Shown one piece after another: positions 25,071-32,773 of a stretch of DNA of 35,224 bases. Under the pieces are notes generated by a model. The model worked only from the letters and a program-made list of their open reading frames with translations, did no database searches and was not told the DNA's origin. This stretch comes from an uncultured Clostridia bacterium (GTDB lineage Bacteria > Aerophobota > Aerophobia > Aerophobales > B3-G15), in the NCBI GenBank assembly GCA_964422215.1, contig CAYRAK010000002.1, forward strand, positions 1 to 35,224. The letters are read 5' to 3'. Every line of letters begins with the position of its first letter. Positions within the stretch are counted from its first letter, which is position 1. A program made the translations under genes and the position numbers.

Positions 25071-25929
25071 CTCTTATACTCTTAATGTAAAATATTCCCA
25101 AAATTAAACTCACACCGAGAAGTATTGAACTGAGAGCTCCAGCGTATCCTAAAAACATATCCTTAAAAGCCTTGGTATAAATAAATATAGAGAATACTTC
25201 CGTTTGAGAAGCAGGTCCTCCTCCAGTCAAAGCATAAATCATATCGAATGCACTAAGCGTTAAAAAAGTGGATATAAGAAGAGTAACTAAAATGCTGTAT
25301 TTAATTAGAGGGAGTGTGATGTATATAAATGTTTGCCAACTTGAGCTTCCATCTATTTTAGCAGCATCATAAATGTAAACTGGTATCCCTTCAAGAGCTG
25401 CAAAAAGTATTAAAAAAGCAAGGGCCATTCCTCGTGACCAATTGGGTAATAATATAGATAGTATAGGATATGAACCAAACCAATCTATTCTATTTAAACC
25501 AATTGAGACCAAAATAGAATTCAACCATCCATATTCTAAATTTAATACACTTCTCCACATATACGCTGCAACCAGTGGTGGTGTAACCCACGGGATTAAA
25601 ATGGACGCAAAAATGACTTTTTTCCCCAGTATTTTTTTAATTCTTAACAGATTCGCAAAAAGAAGTCCTAGAAGAAGATGCCCTCCTACAGCGCAAAAAA
25701 TGAATATAAGGGTAACCCTTAATGAATTATAAAAATCAGGATCATTTATAAGTCTTACATAATTTTTAAATCCTACAAATTTAAAGTTTTTTGCTGTTTC
25801 TCCCCAAAGAGTTTGATTAGTAAAACCAACTATAATTGCCCAGAATAGAGGAAAAATAACAAAAATCCCGAGCAATGCCAAAGAAGGAATTAAAAAACAA
25901 AGAGAAAACTTTTGCTTTCTTTTTCGCAT
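25060..25929 (-). CDS. Carbohydrate ABC transporter permease (MalF/UgpA/CUT1-type)
   Basis: It is a polytopic membrane protein with the EAA-loop ...YDAAKIDGSSSWQTFIYITLPLIK. Confidence 0.85.
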   Translation of the reverse strand: MRKRKQKFSLCFLIPSLALLGIFVIFPLFWAIIVGFTNQTLWGETAKNFKFVGFKNYVRLINDPDFYNSLRVTLIFIFCAVGGHLLLGLLFANLLRIKKILGKKVIFASILIPWVTPPLVAAYMWRSVLNLEYGWLNSILVSIGLNRIDWFGSYPILSILLPNWSRGMALAFLILFAALEGIPVYIYDAAKIDGSSSWQTFIYITLPLIKYSILVTLLISTFLTLSAFDMIYALTGGGPASQTEVFSIFIYTKAFKDMFLGYAGALSSILLGVSLILGIFYIKSIRVEV

Positions 25930-25978
25930 ACCAACTAACCTTAAAGTTTTTTTATATTTTTCTTTTTTATATTTTTCT

Positions 25979-26045
25979 ACAACCCATCTTCCCTACTTTT
26001 ATATAAAATTTTTGCTTCATCAATTTATTGGGGAAGATGGGTTGT
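25979..26045 (-). other. Intercistronic stem-loop (15-bp perfect stem, 37-nt loop) between the binding-protein and permease genes
   Basis: ACAACCCATCTTCCC (25979-25993) is the exact reverse complement of GGGAAGATGGGTTGT (26031-26045). It is not followed by a U-tract on the minus-strand transcript. Confidence 0.5.
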
Positions 26046-26054
26046 TATCAAAAA

Positions 26055-27428
26055 TTATTCAAACTTATACTTGTAAATAATCTTATCGGCACCTAAATTA
26101 ATCTCCATACCTGCAGCAAAACTTTTCATTGCCTCTTTAGCATTCTTTTTACCTGTCATAATTTCTCCAAGCTCTCTTGCAATAAGTGGTTGAGTTATAG
26201 AAAACCATCCAGGATTGTCACAAGGACCTATATATGTATATTTAAGCCACTTACTCACTTCGGCAAGAAATTTATTTTTTTGATATATTGGGTTATTTAT
26301 AACATCCCATCGAACAGCTACTTGCCCTCTACTACTATTAGCTAAAGCTAACCTATCTGGTTCACAGAGAAACTTGATAAGTTCCCAAGCAAGGTCTTTA
26401 TTTTTGGAAGAAAGAGGAATTGTCCAATTCCAACCACCAGATTGACTTACAAAGTCTTGACCTCTAACACTCGCACCTGGAACTCTACTAGGAACTTTGG
26501 CATATCCAACAACTTCCTCTCTATTAGGAATTTCATAACTTCTTCCTGGACCCCAGAAAAATACATAAGCCCATGACCCAACTTGGTATATTGCAATTTT
26601 TCCTTCACTAAACCCTTTATAACCTGTATCGTCAGCATCTGCTCGTACGCACAGCTTAGGATCAATTAGTCCTCTTTTTGTAATTTCCTCATAAAACTCC
26701 AGAGTTTTTAAAAGAGGCTCACTTGCAACAATCCATTTCTCTTCCTCTTTATCATAAAGTGTTTCTCCTGCTCCGTGCATTAAGACGTTAAATTTACTAA
26801 AGGTCACCTGAAGTCCAGCTTCTTTACCTCCGGTATAAAAAAGAGGAACTACCTCAGGAAAGATGGTTTTTATTTTTTCTGCAGTTTGTATAATATCATC
26901 CCAACTTCTTGGTTGCCATTCTGGATTAAGTCCTGCTTTTTTAAATAGGTCCTTTCTGTAATATAAAGGAATAGAACAAGATTGAAGAGGTATCATATAA
27001 ACATGGTCTTGCCATTTCATTCGTTGTCTAAAAATATCTATAACCTGTTCCCAGGGTTCCCATTCCTCTACATATTTATTCAATGGAGATAAATATCCTG
27101 CTCTCATGTATCCTTGCCCACGACCAGTTTCCACCATGAGAACATCTCCTCCTCTACCAGCGCGAAGGTCAAGAATGCTCTTTGTCGTATACTGAATATC
27201 TGTACCCATAAAATTTTTAAACTCTATTTTTACTGGAGTACCCTTTTTGCTCATATAAACTTCAAACTCTTTCAATTGCTCTTGAAATTGTTCAGAACTG
27301 CCGAATGGTAAAATATTATGAGTTGTTAAAATTAACTCTGTTTTTTGAGCAGCTCCTATATATGTAGCTCCCACTATCAATGATAGCATCACTATTGTGC
27401 ATACCAACCTCATATTAGTAGACCTCAT
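26055..27428 (-). CDS. Extracellular/periplasmic solute-binding protein of a CUT1-type sugar ABC transporter
   Basis: It has an N-terminal signal peptide (MRSTNMRLVCTIVMLSLIVGATYIGAA/QK) and a ~430-aa mature domain. The composition and layout are typical of family-1 sugar-binding proteins, and it is the first gene of the SBP-permease-permease order. GGAGG lies 8 nt upstream. Confidence 0.8.
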   Translation of the reverse strand: MRSTNMRLVCTIVMLSLIVGATYIGAAQKTELILTTHNILPFGSSEQFQEQLKEFEVYMSKKGTPVKIEFKNFMGTDIQYTTKSILDLRAGRGGDVLMVETGRGQGYMRAGYLSPLNKYVEEWEPWEQVIDIFRQRMKWQDHVYMIPLQSCSIPLYYRKDLFKKAGLNPEWQPRSWDDIIQTAEKIKTIFPEVVPLFYTGGKEAGLQVTFSKFNVLMHGAGETLYDKEEEKWIVASEPLLKTLEFYEEITKRGLIDPKLCVRADADDTGYKGFSEGKIAIYQVGSWAYVFFWGPGRSYEIPNREEVVGYAKVPSRVPGASVRGQDFVSQSGGWNWTIPLSSKNKDLAWELIKFLCEPDRLALANSSRGQVAVRWDVINNPIYQKNKFLAEVSKWLKYTYIGPCDNPGWFSITQPLIARELGEIMTGKKNAKEAMKSFAAGMEINLGADKIIYKYKFE

Positions 27429-27523
27429 TTTTTATCCTCCTTTTTTATTTGGATATTGATCAAAATTTTACCCCTCCCTTTGACTCAAGCCTTTTGGAGA
27501 CAATAATTTTTAATAGAAACACC

Positions 27524-27551
27524 AATATAGCAACATTTTTTACCCTGTCAA
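27524..27551 (-). promoter_or_regulatory. Candidate sigma70-type promoter of the ABC-transporter/sulfatase operon
   Basis: The minus strand reads TTGACA (27546-27551), a 16-nt spacer, then TATATT (27524-27529), about 95 nt upstream of the ATG at 27428. Confidence 0.5.
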
Positions 27552-27573
27552 GATTTAGATAAAAACAAATGTT

Positions 27574-29088
27574 TTACCCGTTCTCTATTTGAGAAAGACA
27601 ATGGAAATCTTTTTTTAACTTGTTATAAAGGTGTCTGTAGATTTGATAAACTTCATCATATATTCTCACTTCGCGAGGGTTGGGTGAAGCGACCTTTTTC
27701 TTTTCTATCCATTTATGGCAAGCTTCCTCTACACTAGAAAAAAAACCACACCCAACAGCTGCTATTAATGAAGCTCCATAAGCAGAGGCTTCTTCAGTAT
27801 TAGCTACAAAAACGGGCAAATTAAATACATCTGATTGAATTTGTCGCCAAATCTTATTCTTAGCGCCTCCTCCGGTAGCAATGATATAAGATGGTTTTAT
27901 ATCTAGTTTTTTAAATTCCTCAAGAGAATCTCTTAAAGCAAAAATTACTCCTTCCATTATGGCTCTAATCAGATCCTCCTGAGTATGATTCAGGCTTAAA
28001 CCAATAAAAGCACCTCTTGCTCTGGGATCAAGGTGAGGAGTCCTCTCTCCATCAAGATAAGGAATAAAAATCACCCCTTTGGAGGCAGCTGATTTAAAAA
28101 AGTCCTTTTGCGACATAAATTCATCAAGACTTTTCTCCGAAAATTCAACACCTAAAATATGATTGATAAACCAATTTAAAGAAGATCCTCCGGAAAGAAT
28201 AGCTCCCATAATAATCCATTTTCCAGGAATAGCATAAGGTATGGTATGCAAAGCTCGTTCCGGTTTTAAAATGGGACTTGCTGTGTGGGCAATTAATAAG
28301 GCTCCTGTTCCAATACTTGAGGCTATCTCTTCCTTACTTACCACTCCACTTCCAACAGCCATCATTACCTGATCTGCTCCACCGGCAAAAACCGGTATAT
28401 TCTCCTTTAATCCGGTTTCATTAGCTGATTTTTTAATAACATATCCTGTAACTTTAGAGGATTCAAAAAGAGGAGGGAAAAAATCATGAGAGATACCAAC
28501 CTTATTAGCTATCTCCTTTGACCAGGTCCTGTGGGTGACATCTAAAAGAAGCGTTCCCCCTGCATCCGAGACATCTGAGGCAATTTCTCCAGTTAGTCTT
28601 AGTCTAATATAATCTTTAGGAAGAAGAATCTTAAAGATTTTATCCCAGATTCGAGGTTCATTTTCCTTGATCCATAAAAGGGAAGGAAGCATGAAACCAC
28701 AGGAAATTGGAAGACCACTTGTGAACATGATCTTTTCCTCAAATTTCTTTTTTAACATTTCAACCTGAGGTACAGTCCTTTTATCCATCCAAATTATAGC
28801 TTTTCGTAGAGGCTGATGATTTTTGTCTAAAATTACTGTACCATGAGTCTGTCCAGAAATTCCAATTCCTTTAATGGAAGAAGAATTTATCTTAGCCTGA
28901 TAAAGAACCTGTCTTATTGCCCAAGCTGTAGATTGCCACCATTCTTCTGGATCCTGTTCTGCCCATCCGCTAAAAGGTGAATATACAGTGTAACCCCTGG
29001 ATCCTTGGGCTACAACTTTTCCCCAGCGATTAACTAAAATCACCTTTACACTGGAGGTTCCTAGATCTATACCTAAAAAGTAACTCAT
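27574..29088 (-). CDS. xylB: FGGY-family carbohydrate kinase, xylulokinase-like
   Basis: XylB-like motifs are present: YFLGIDLGTSSVK, GWAEQDPEEWW, GISGQTHG and GGGAKNKIWRQIQSDVFNLPV. The start is chosen at the ATG at 29088 (MSYFLGIDLGT), not the track's 29118. Either is possible. Confidence 0.8.
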   Translation of the reverse strand: MSYFLGIDLGTSSVKVILVNRWGKVVAQGSRGYTVYSPFSGWAEQDPEEWWQSTAWAIRQVLYQAKINSSSIKGIGISGQTHGTVILDKNHQPLRKAIIWMDKRTVPQVEMLKKKFEEKIMFTSGLPISCGFMLPSLLWIKENEPRIWDKIFKILLPKDYIRLRLTGEIASDVSDAGGTLLLDVTHRTWSKEIANKVGISHDFFPPLFESSKVTGYVIKKSANETGLKENIPVFAGGADQVMMAVGSGVVSKEEIASSIGTGALLIAHTASPILKPERALHTIPYAIPGKWIIMGAILSGGSSLNWFINHILGVEFSEKSLDEFMSQKDFFKSAASKGVIFIPYLDGERTPHLDPRARGAFIGLSLNHTQEDLIRAIMEGVIFALRDSLEEFKKLDIKPSYIIATGGGAKNKIWRQIQSDVFNLPVFVANTEEASAYGASLIAAVGCGFFSSVEEACHKWIEKKKVASPNPREVRIYDEVYQIYRHLYNKLKKDFHCLSQIENG

Positions 29089-29140
29089 ATTTTTGGTCTC
29101 TTCAGTTTTTAGATACAATCTAATCTCTTTATTGCAGAAA

Positions 29141-30049
29141 TTACAGAATTTTCCAAGCCTCTTGTAAGGTACTTTTAGCGTTATTGATTATCTCCTTACT
29201 TGACTTTCCCAGAGAAGGCTTTACCTCAAAACTAACAAATACTTTTTTCCCTTCACCAAGATATCCATACTTAAAACAAGCCGCAAGAAACCTTCTTACC
29301 TCCATAACCCCGATCTCACCTCCCTGGATACCAAAGTGAGGATGTTGATCTCCATAGAGTGGATGCTTGGTATCTCTTATTACACAGTTTCCTATATGGA
29401 CATGTCTGAGATAATCTTTTACTAACTTTACACTGGTTTCGATATCTTCACCTAATAGAGGAATATGGCTTAAATCTAAAAGTATTCCAAAGTTGGTAAA
29501 ATCTTGACTTACTATCTTCGCTACTTTTGCTGCTTCTTTAGAAGGTCCGAGCAGTCTTCTTTTTTCCACATTGAAGTCAAAAGTTTCCAATAAAACCTCC
29601 GTTTCTCTCTCTTTAGCGTATCTGCAAATCTCATATAATGAAGCTATAAACTTTTTCTCTCTTTCTTCTCGATCAGCTTCTTCCGCTTCTTTGCCACTTG
29701 TAATCTCCACCCTTCTAATTCCCAACAAATTAGATTTATCTATCTCTTCACAAACTCTTCTAACCGCTTGTTTTCTCACCTCGTCATCAGGATCTGCCAA
29801 ATCGTATTTTTCATCTAAAGTGACCAATTGAGCCCCGTAGGCTACAGCACCTTGAAAACTACCCAAGATTTTCTTCGCTCTTCTATAATCTCCATCCGGA
29901 GGAAAACTTACCTCTACAGCAGTAAAATAAGAATCCTCGGCTAGCTCTTCTAGCGTATCATAATAAGCTCTCACATCCTCTTTTACTTTAGGGTATATCA
30001 TTCCATGAACAATCCCTAGGTACATGTAGTCCTGAGGTTTTCCTGTCAT
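29141..30049 (-). CDS. Sugar-phosphate isomerase/epimerase (xylose-isomerase-like TIM barrel family)
   Basis: At 302 aa, it has the Glu/His/Asp metal-ligand pattern of this family (...LLETFDF..., LDLSHIPLLGED, RHVHIGNCV). GAGGAG is the RBS. The family call is by pattern only. Confidence 0.7.
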   Translation of the reverse strand: MTGKPQDYMYLGIVHGMIYPKVKEDVRAYYDTLEELAEDSYFTAVEVSFPPDGDYRRAKKILGSFQGAVAYGAQLVTLDEKYDLADPDDEVRKQAVRRVCEEIDKSNLLGIRRVEITSGKEAEEADREEREKKFIASLYEICRYAKERETEVLLETFDFNVEKRRLLGPSKEAAKVAKIVSQDFTNFGILLDLSHIPLLGEDIETSVKLVKDYLRHVHIGNCVIRDTKHPLYGDQHPHFGIQGGEIGVMEVRRFLAACFKYGYLGEGKKVFVSFEVKPSLGKSSKEIINNAKSTLQEAWKIL

Positions 30050-30130
30050 TTTATCAAACTCCTCTGTTTTTATACATATGACAGAAATGGTAGTTATACT
30101 ATAGGTAAGATACTTAAGATCACTCTTTTA

Positions 30131-30151
30131 AACTGGTTAAGTTAACCAGTT
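30131..30151. repeat. 21-bp perfect palindrome AACTGGTTAA-G-TTAACCAGTT spanning the vapC stop codon
   Basis: Read directly from the sequence: two 10-bp arms and one central base. It lies 82-102 nt upstream of the isomerase start codon (30049). Confidence 0.9.
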
Positions 30152-30544
30152 GATAGTGACCTCTTTCTCCAGCTTTTTGAATTCTGGGTCACCGGTTAAT
30201 ACCTGAGCTTGATTTATAATAGCTAGAGCAGCGACAAAACAATCTCCAAGTGCTATGGTATATCTTGCTTTTAATCTAGCAGCATGATAGGCTATTCTCT
30301 TATCTACGTTTATAATACTAATTGGTAATTGGTCCATTATAAGTATACTCTTTTCTGCTTCCTTTTCTCCTTTTGAACGATAAAGAGCATAGTAGATCTC
30401 GCTCCAGTTTACTATACTGAGCAACAAAGATACTTTGTTTGATTCTGCTTGGCGCAAAAATTTCTCTACTTTATTAGCACCTTTCTCATTTTCAAAATAA
30501 GCTATTAGAGCATAACTATCCAGCACTATCTGTTCCAGATTCAT
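30137..30544 (-). CDS. vapC: PIN-domain toxin, VapC family
   Basis: The 135-aa protein starts ...VLDSYALIAYF (first acidic PIN residue) and has later conserved acidic/Thr-Gly-Asp positions (...DCFVAALA..., LTGDPEF). Its start overlaps the upstream antitoxin stop (ATGA). Confidence 0.85.
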   Translation of the reverse strand: MNLEQIVLDSYALIAYFENEKGANKVEKFLRQAESNKVSLLLSIVNWSEIYYALYRSKGEKEAEKSILIMDQLPISIINVDKRIAYHAARLKARYTIALGDCFVAALAIINQAQVLTGDPEFKKLEKEVTINWLT

Positions 30545-30771
30545 TTTTTAGCATCCTCGGACCTACCTTCTATAAGAGTTTTCAGGGCAGACGCACCCTC
30601 TCTAAAAATACCTCTTGCTTCTTTTACAGGATCCCTTAAAAGCGGCTGAATGACAATCTCTCCATTTCTGTCTATCACTTTTATCCTTGTTCCTTTTGTA
30701 ATATTATATTTTTTCCGCAACTTGGCTGGAATTACTATTTGGCCTTTAACAGTAGTCTTAACAATATGCAT
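30541..30771 (-). CDS. vapB: AbrB/MazE/SpoVT-type antitoxin, VapB family
   Basis: The 76-aa protein has the swapped-hairpin motif KGQIVIPAKLRKKYNITKGTRIKVI..NGEIVIQP. It is translationally coupled to vapC. Confidence 0.8.
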   Translation of the reverse strand: MHIVKTTVKGQIVIPAKLRKKYNITKGTRIKVIDRNGEIVIQPLLRDPVKEARGIFREGASALKTLIEGRSEDAKK

Positions 30772-30803
30772 GTTATACCCCTTTGTTTGTTATTACTTTT
30801 TGT

Positions 30804-30832
30804 ATAGTATAACAAATTATTTGGTATGTCAA
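30804..30832 (-). promoter_or_regulatory. Candidate vapBC promoter with a flanking 7-bp inverted repeat (possible autoregulatory operator)
   Basis: The minus strand reads TTGACA (30827-30832), a 17-nt spacer, then TACTAT (30804-30809). TTGTTAT (30787-30793) and ATAACAA (30809-30815) form an inverted repeat around the -10/+1 region. Confidence 0.45.
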
Positions 30833-31162
30833 TTTCAATGGGGTCTATCTCAAAACCTGTGGTGAAAATTTCATGGGAGAATCTAAAACATTATTTTCTT
30901 TGTATTGAATATTGAACTTAAAGGATTATTGACAGAAAAAATGACTTAAAAAACAGACCTTTGGAATTTATAAGACAGGATGCACTATTTTTTACAGATG
31001 TTAACCTTTCCTCAAGAAAAAGTAACTATTACATAGATGGCGTATAACTCCGGGTGAAGGTATCCGGCTGGTAGCAAAAATAGTGTTTGATATAATAAGA
31101 GAGAGGAAATGAAGGTGGCGATAGCGGATGATAAATAAAAATAAATCAAAGGAATCAGAATA

Positions 31163-31540
31163 ATGCAAAAGATAGTAAAAAAGTTGATCGAAAACCTCAC
31201 AAGTTCTTTTAAAGTTGTATATAAAAACTTCAACTGCCAAGAATTTTCCCCTTACCTGAAAAGAAAAATAGGAGCAATAATAAGATTTGATGAAAAAACC
31301 GTGTATATTCACACAGGTCTCACCGAAAGGGAGGAAAAACTAACATGGCTACATGAGGCCTTGAGTGTCTTCTACTACCAGAACAATATCTTTCGTCATG
31401 ATGAAGAGATAGAAAAGGAAGCAAGAAAAATGTATGAAGACAGCCAGGCTTGCCTAATCCTGGAAGATTACATAAAAAAATACAAAAAGAGGATAAAAAA
31501 TGAAAGTCGCAAGTTGACAAAAAATAAAGATGATACATAA
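31163..31540 (+). CDS. Hypothetical 125-aa protein (orphan)
   Basis: It is the only ORF in the 30.87-31.70 kb region with protein-like, charge-balanced composition. It has a weak AAGGA RBS, and an extended -10 (TG-n-TATAAT, 31088-31096) lies upstream. I recognise no confident family. Confidence 0.45.
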   Translation: MQKIVKKLIENLTSSFKVVYKNFNCQEFSPYLKRKIGAIIRFDEKTVYIHTGLTEREEKLTWLHEALSVFYYQNNIFRHDEEIEKEARKMYEDSQACLILEDYIKKYKKRIKNESRKLTKNKDDT

Positions 31541-31710
31541 TAATGTAACCATGATTTTTGACTAGATTGCCAGTTACACAATCTAAGACCAGCCTGTTTT
31601 TGCTGCAGCTTGTCTTAAAAGTAACTTACCCTGACAAAAAGAACTGATACTAGTATCTCCAGCATGGATAAGAAAAATATCTATTTCTAACAAGAGGAGG
31701 AAAAACGTTG

Positions 31711-32505
31711 ATGATAATTAGATACATTACGTATGGAAAATATTATTCATTAATTTATAAATTTATTCTAGAAAGTATCGTAAAAATCATTATTGAACAA
31801 ACTATAGAGGAAGCAGTTGTAAAACGTATACTTTTTAGAGTGCTAATTCGTAGATTATTCTATAAATTTCTCCTTCAAGAAATCTTATGGCACACCATAG
31901 GGATAAAGACTCCTGTTTGGATTATCTGGCTTATCTTACTTCTTATTTCCAGAACTAGCAGAATCACCATTGTGGGGGAAGAGAACTTGAAAGGAATTAA
32001 AGAAGAAAAAAAGAGGGTAATTTTTGCCTTTTGGCATGGTCATTATACCTTACTTCTTACCTCTCTTCATATGGATAATGCGGTGGCACTGGTTCACCGA
32101 TCCTTTCGAGGAAACTATGTAGCTCGCTTATTCTCTATCTTTAATTACCGTATAGTGCGAACGCTTAGAGGAGAATCAATACGAGAACTTATGAATATGA
32201 TTATACATGGCTATTCAGGATTTATTGCTGTCGATGGTCCCGAAGGACCAGCACAAAAAACAAAACCGGGGATAATCTATATTGCCCAGAAAACCGGAGC
32301 CAGGATTGTCCCTCTAACAATTGAGGCTCATAAAGGATTTACATTGAAAAGGCGATGGGATCACCATTTTATTCCCTTTCCTTTCAATAATATCACTGTG
32401 TCTTTTGGTAAATGTATAGACGTAGACCCTGATGATTCTCTGGAGATAAAAGGAGAGGAAGTAACCAGATCTCTTTTGGCATTGACCAAAGAAAGTAAGT
32501 ATTAG
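31711..32505 (+). CDS. DUF374 / lysophospholipid-acyltransferase-like family protein with an N-terminal membrane segment
   Basis: The core FAFWHGHY...RGESIRELMNMI..GYSGFIAVDGPEGPAQKTKPGIIYIAQKTGARIVPL matches the DUF374 pattern (FWHG...RGS...DGPRGP...G...lA..tGa.ivP). GAGGAGG (31694-31700) precedes the ATG at 31711. Confidence 0.7.
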   Translation: MIIRYITYGKYYSLIYKFILESIVKIIIEQTIEEAVVKRILFRVLIRRLFYKFLLQEILWHTIGIKTPVWIIWLILLLISRTSRITIVGEENLKGIKEEKKRVIFAFWHGHYTLLLTSLHMDNAVALVHRSFRGNYVARLFSIFNYRIVRTLRGESIRELMNMIIHGYSGFIAVDGPEGPAQKTKPGIIYIAQKTGARIVPLTIEAHKGFTLKRRWDHHFIPFPFNNITVSFGKCIDVDPDDSLEIKGEEVTRSLLALTKESKY

Positions 32506-32773
32506 TTCCTTTTATTATTCACTTTTATAAAGGCATTTCTACTCTTTTATCAAAGAATTTTTGCATAAATTTCGTTATATTTTTGCTTCCTCAAACCTCA
32601 AAAAACTGCAAAGAAGACAAATACAGCAAAGTTTTATTTGTCAGCAAAAAGATAACCAGCTTAACGCGGTACTTGACAAAAACTCAGTTACTGACAATAT
32701 GTAGTGGTAAATTGGTCTTTGAATAAAAAGCTAAAATGAGACTATAAAACGGAAGATTACTTTGGAGGTACAA

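Noticed and set aside
30929-30957. TTGACA at 30929-30934 as a plus-strand promoter in the vapB-upstream gap
   Set aside because: There is no -10-like hexamer at 16-18 nt spacing (AACAGA).
31109-31138. 9-codon mini-ORF (MKVAIADDK) with a GAGAGGA RBS in the putative leader of the 125-aa ORF
   Set aside because: It is too short to distinguish from chance, and it would sit at the extreme 5' end of the predicted transcript. It has no Trp/His-type attenuation logic.
31001-31538. Minus-strand ORFs 31001-31312, 31012-31233 and 31320-31538. The 73-aa ORF looks like a two-TM peptide and could be mistaken for a small toxin or holin.
   Set aside because: The minus strand here is T-rich, which automatically yields Phe/Leu/Ile-rich pseudo-hydrophobic ORFs. 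They overlap the more protein-like plus-strand 125-aa ORF, and I see no RBS. The 73-aa case is kept only as a caveat in the finding on this region.
31563-31585. 7-bp stem hairpin (TAGATTG/CAATCTA, 9-nt loop) after the 125-aa ORF as a possible terminator
   Set aside because: The stem is AT-rich with only two G:C pairs, and no adjacent U-tract follows. It is within chance expectation for AT-rich DNA.
32637-32698. Three TGACAA/TTGTCA hexamers, a TTGACA -35-like element (32673-32678) and a TAACCAG heptamer (32653-32659, shared with the 30131 palindrome half-site), all upstream of the GH31 gene
   Set aside because: Hexamer and heptamer recurrences are expected by chance in 35 kb. No acceptable -10 follows the TTGACA at 16-18 nt (best CAATAT/AATATG, 3 of 6). 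I could not support a promoter or operator call.
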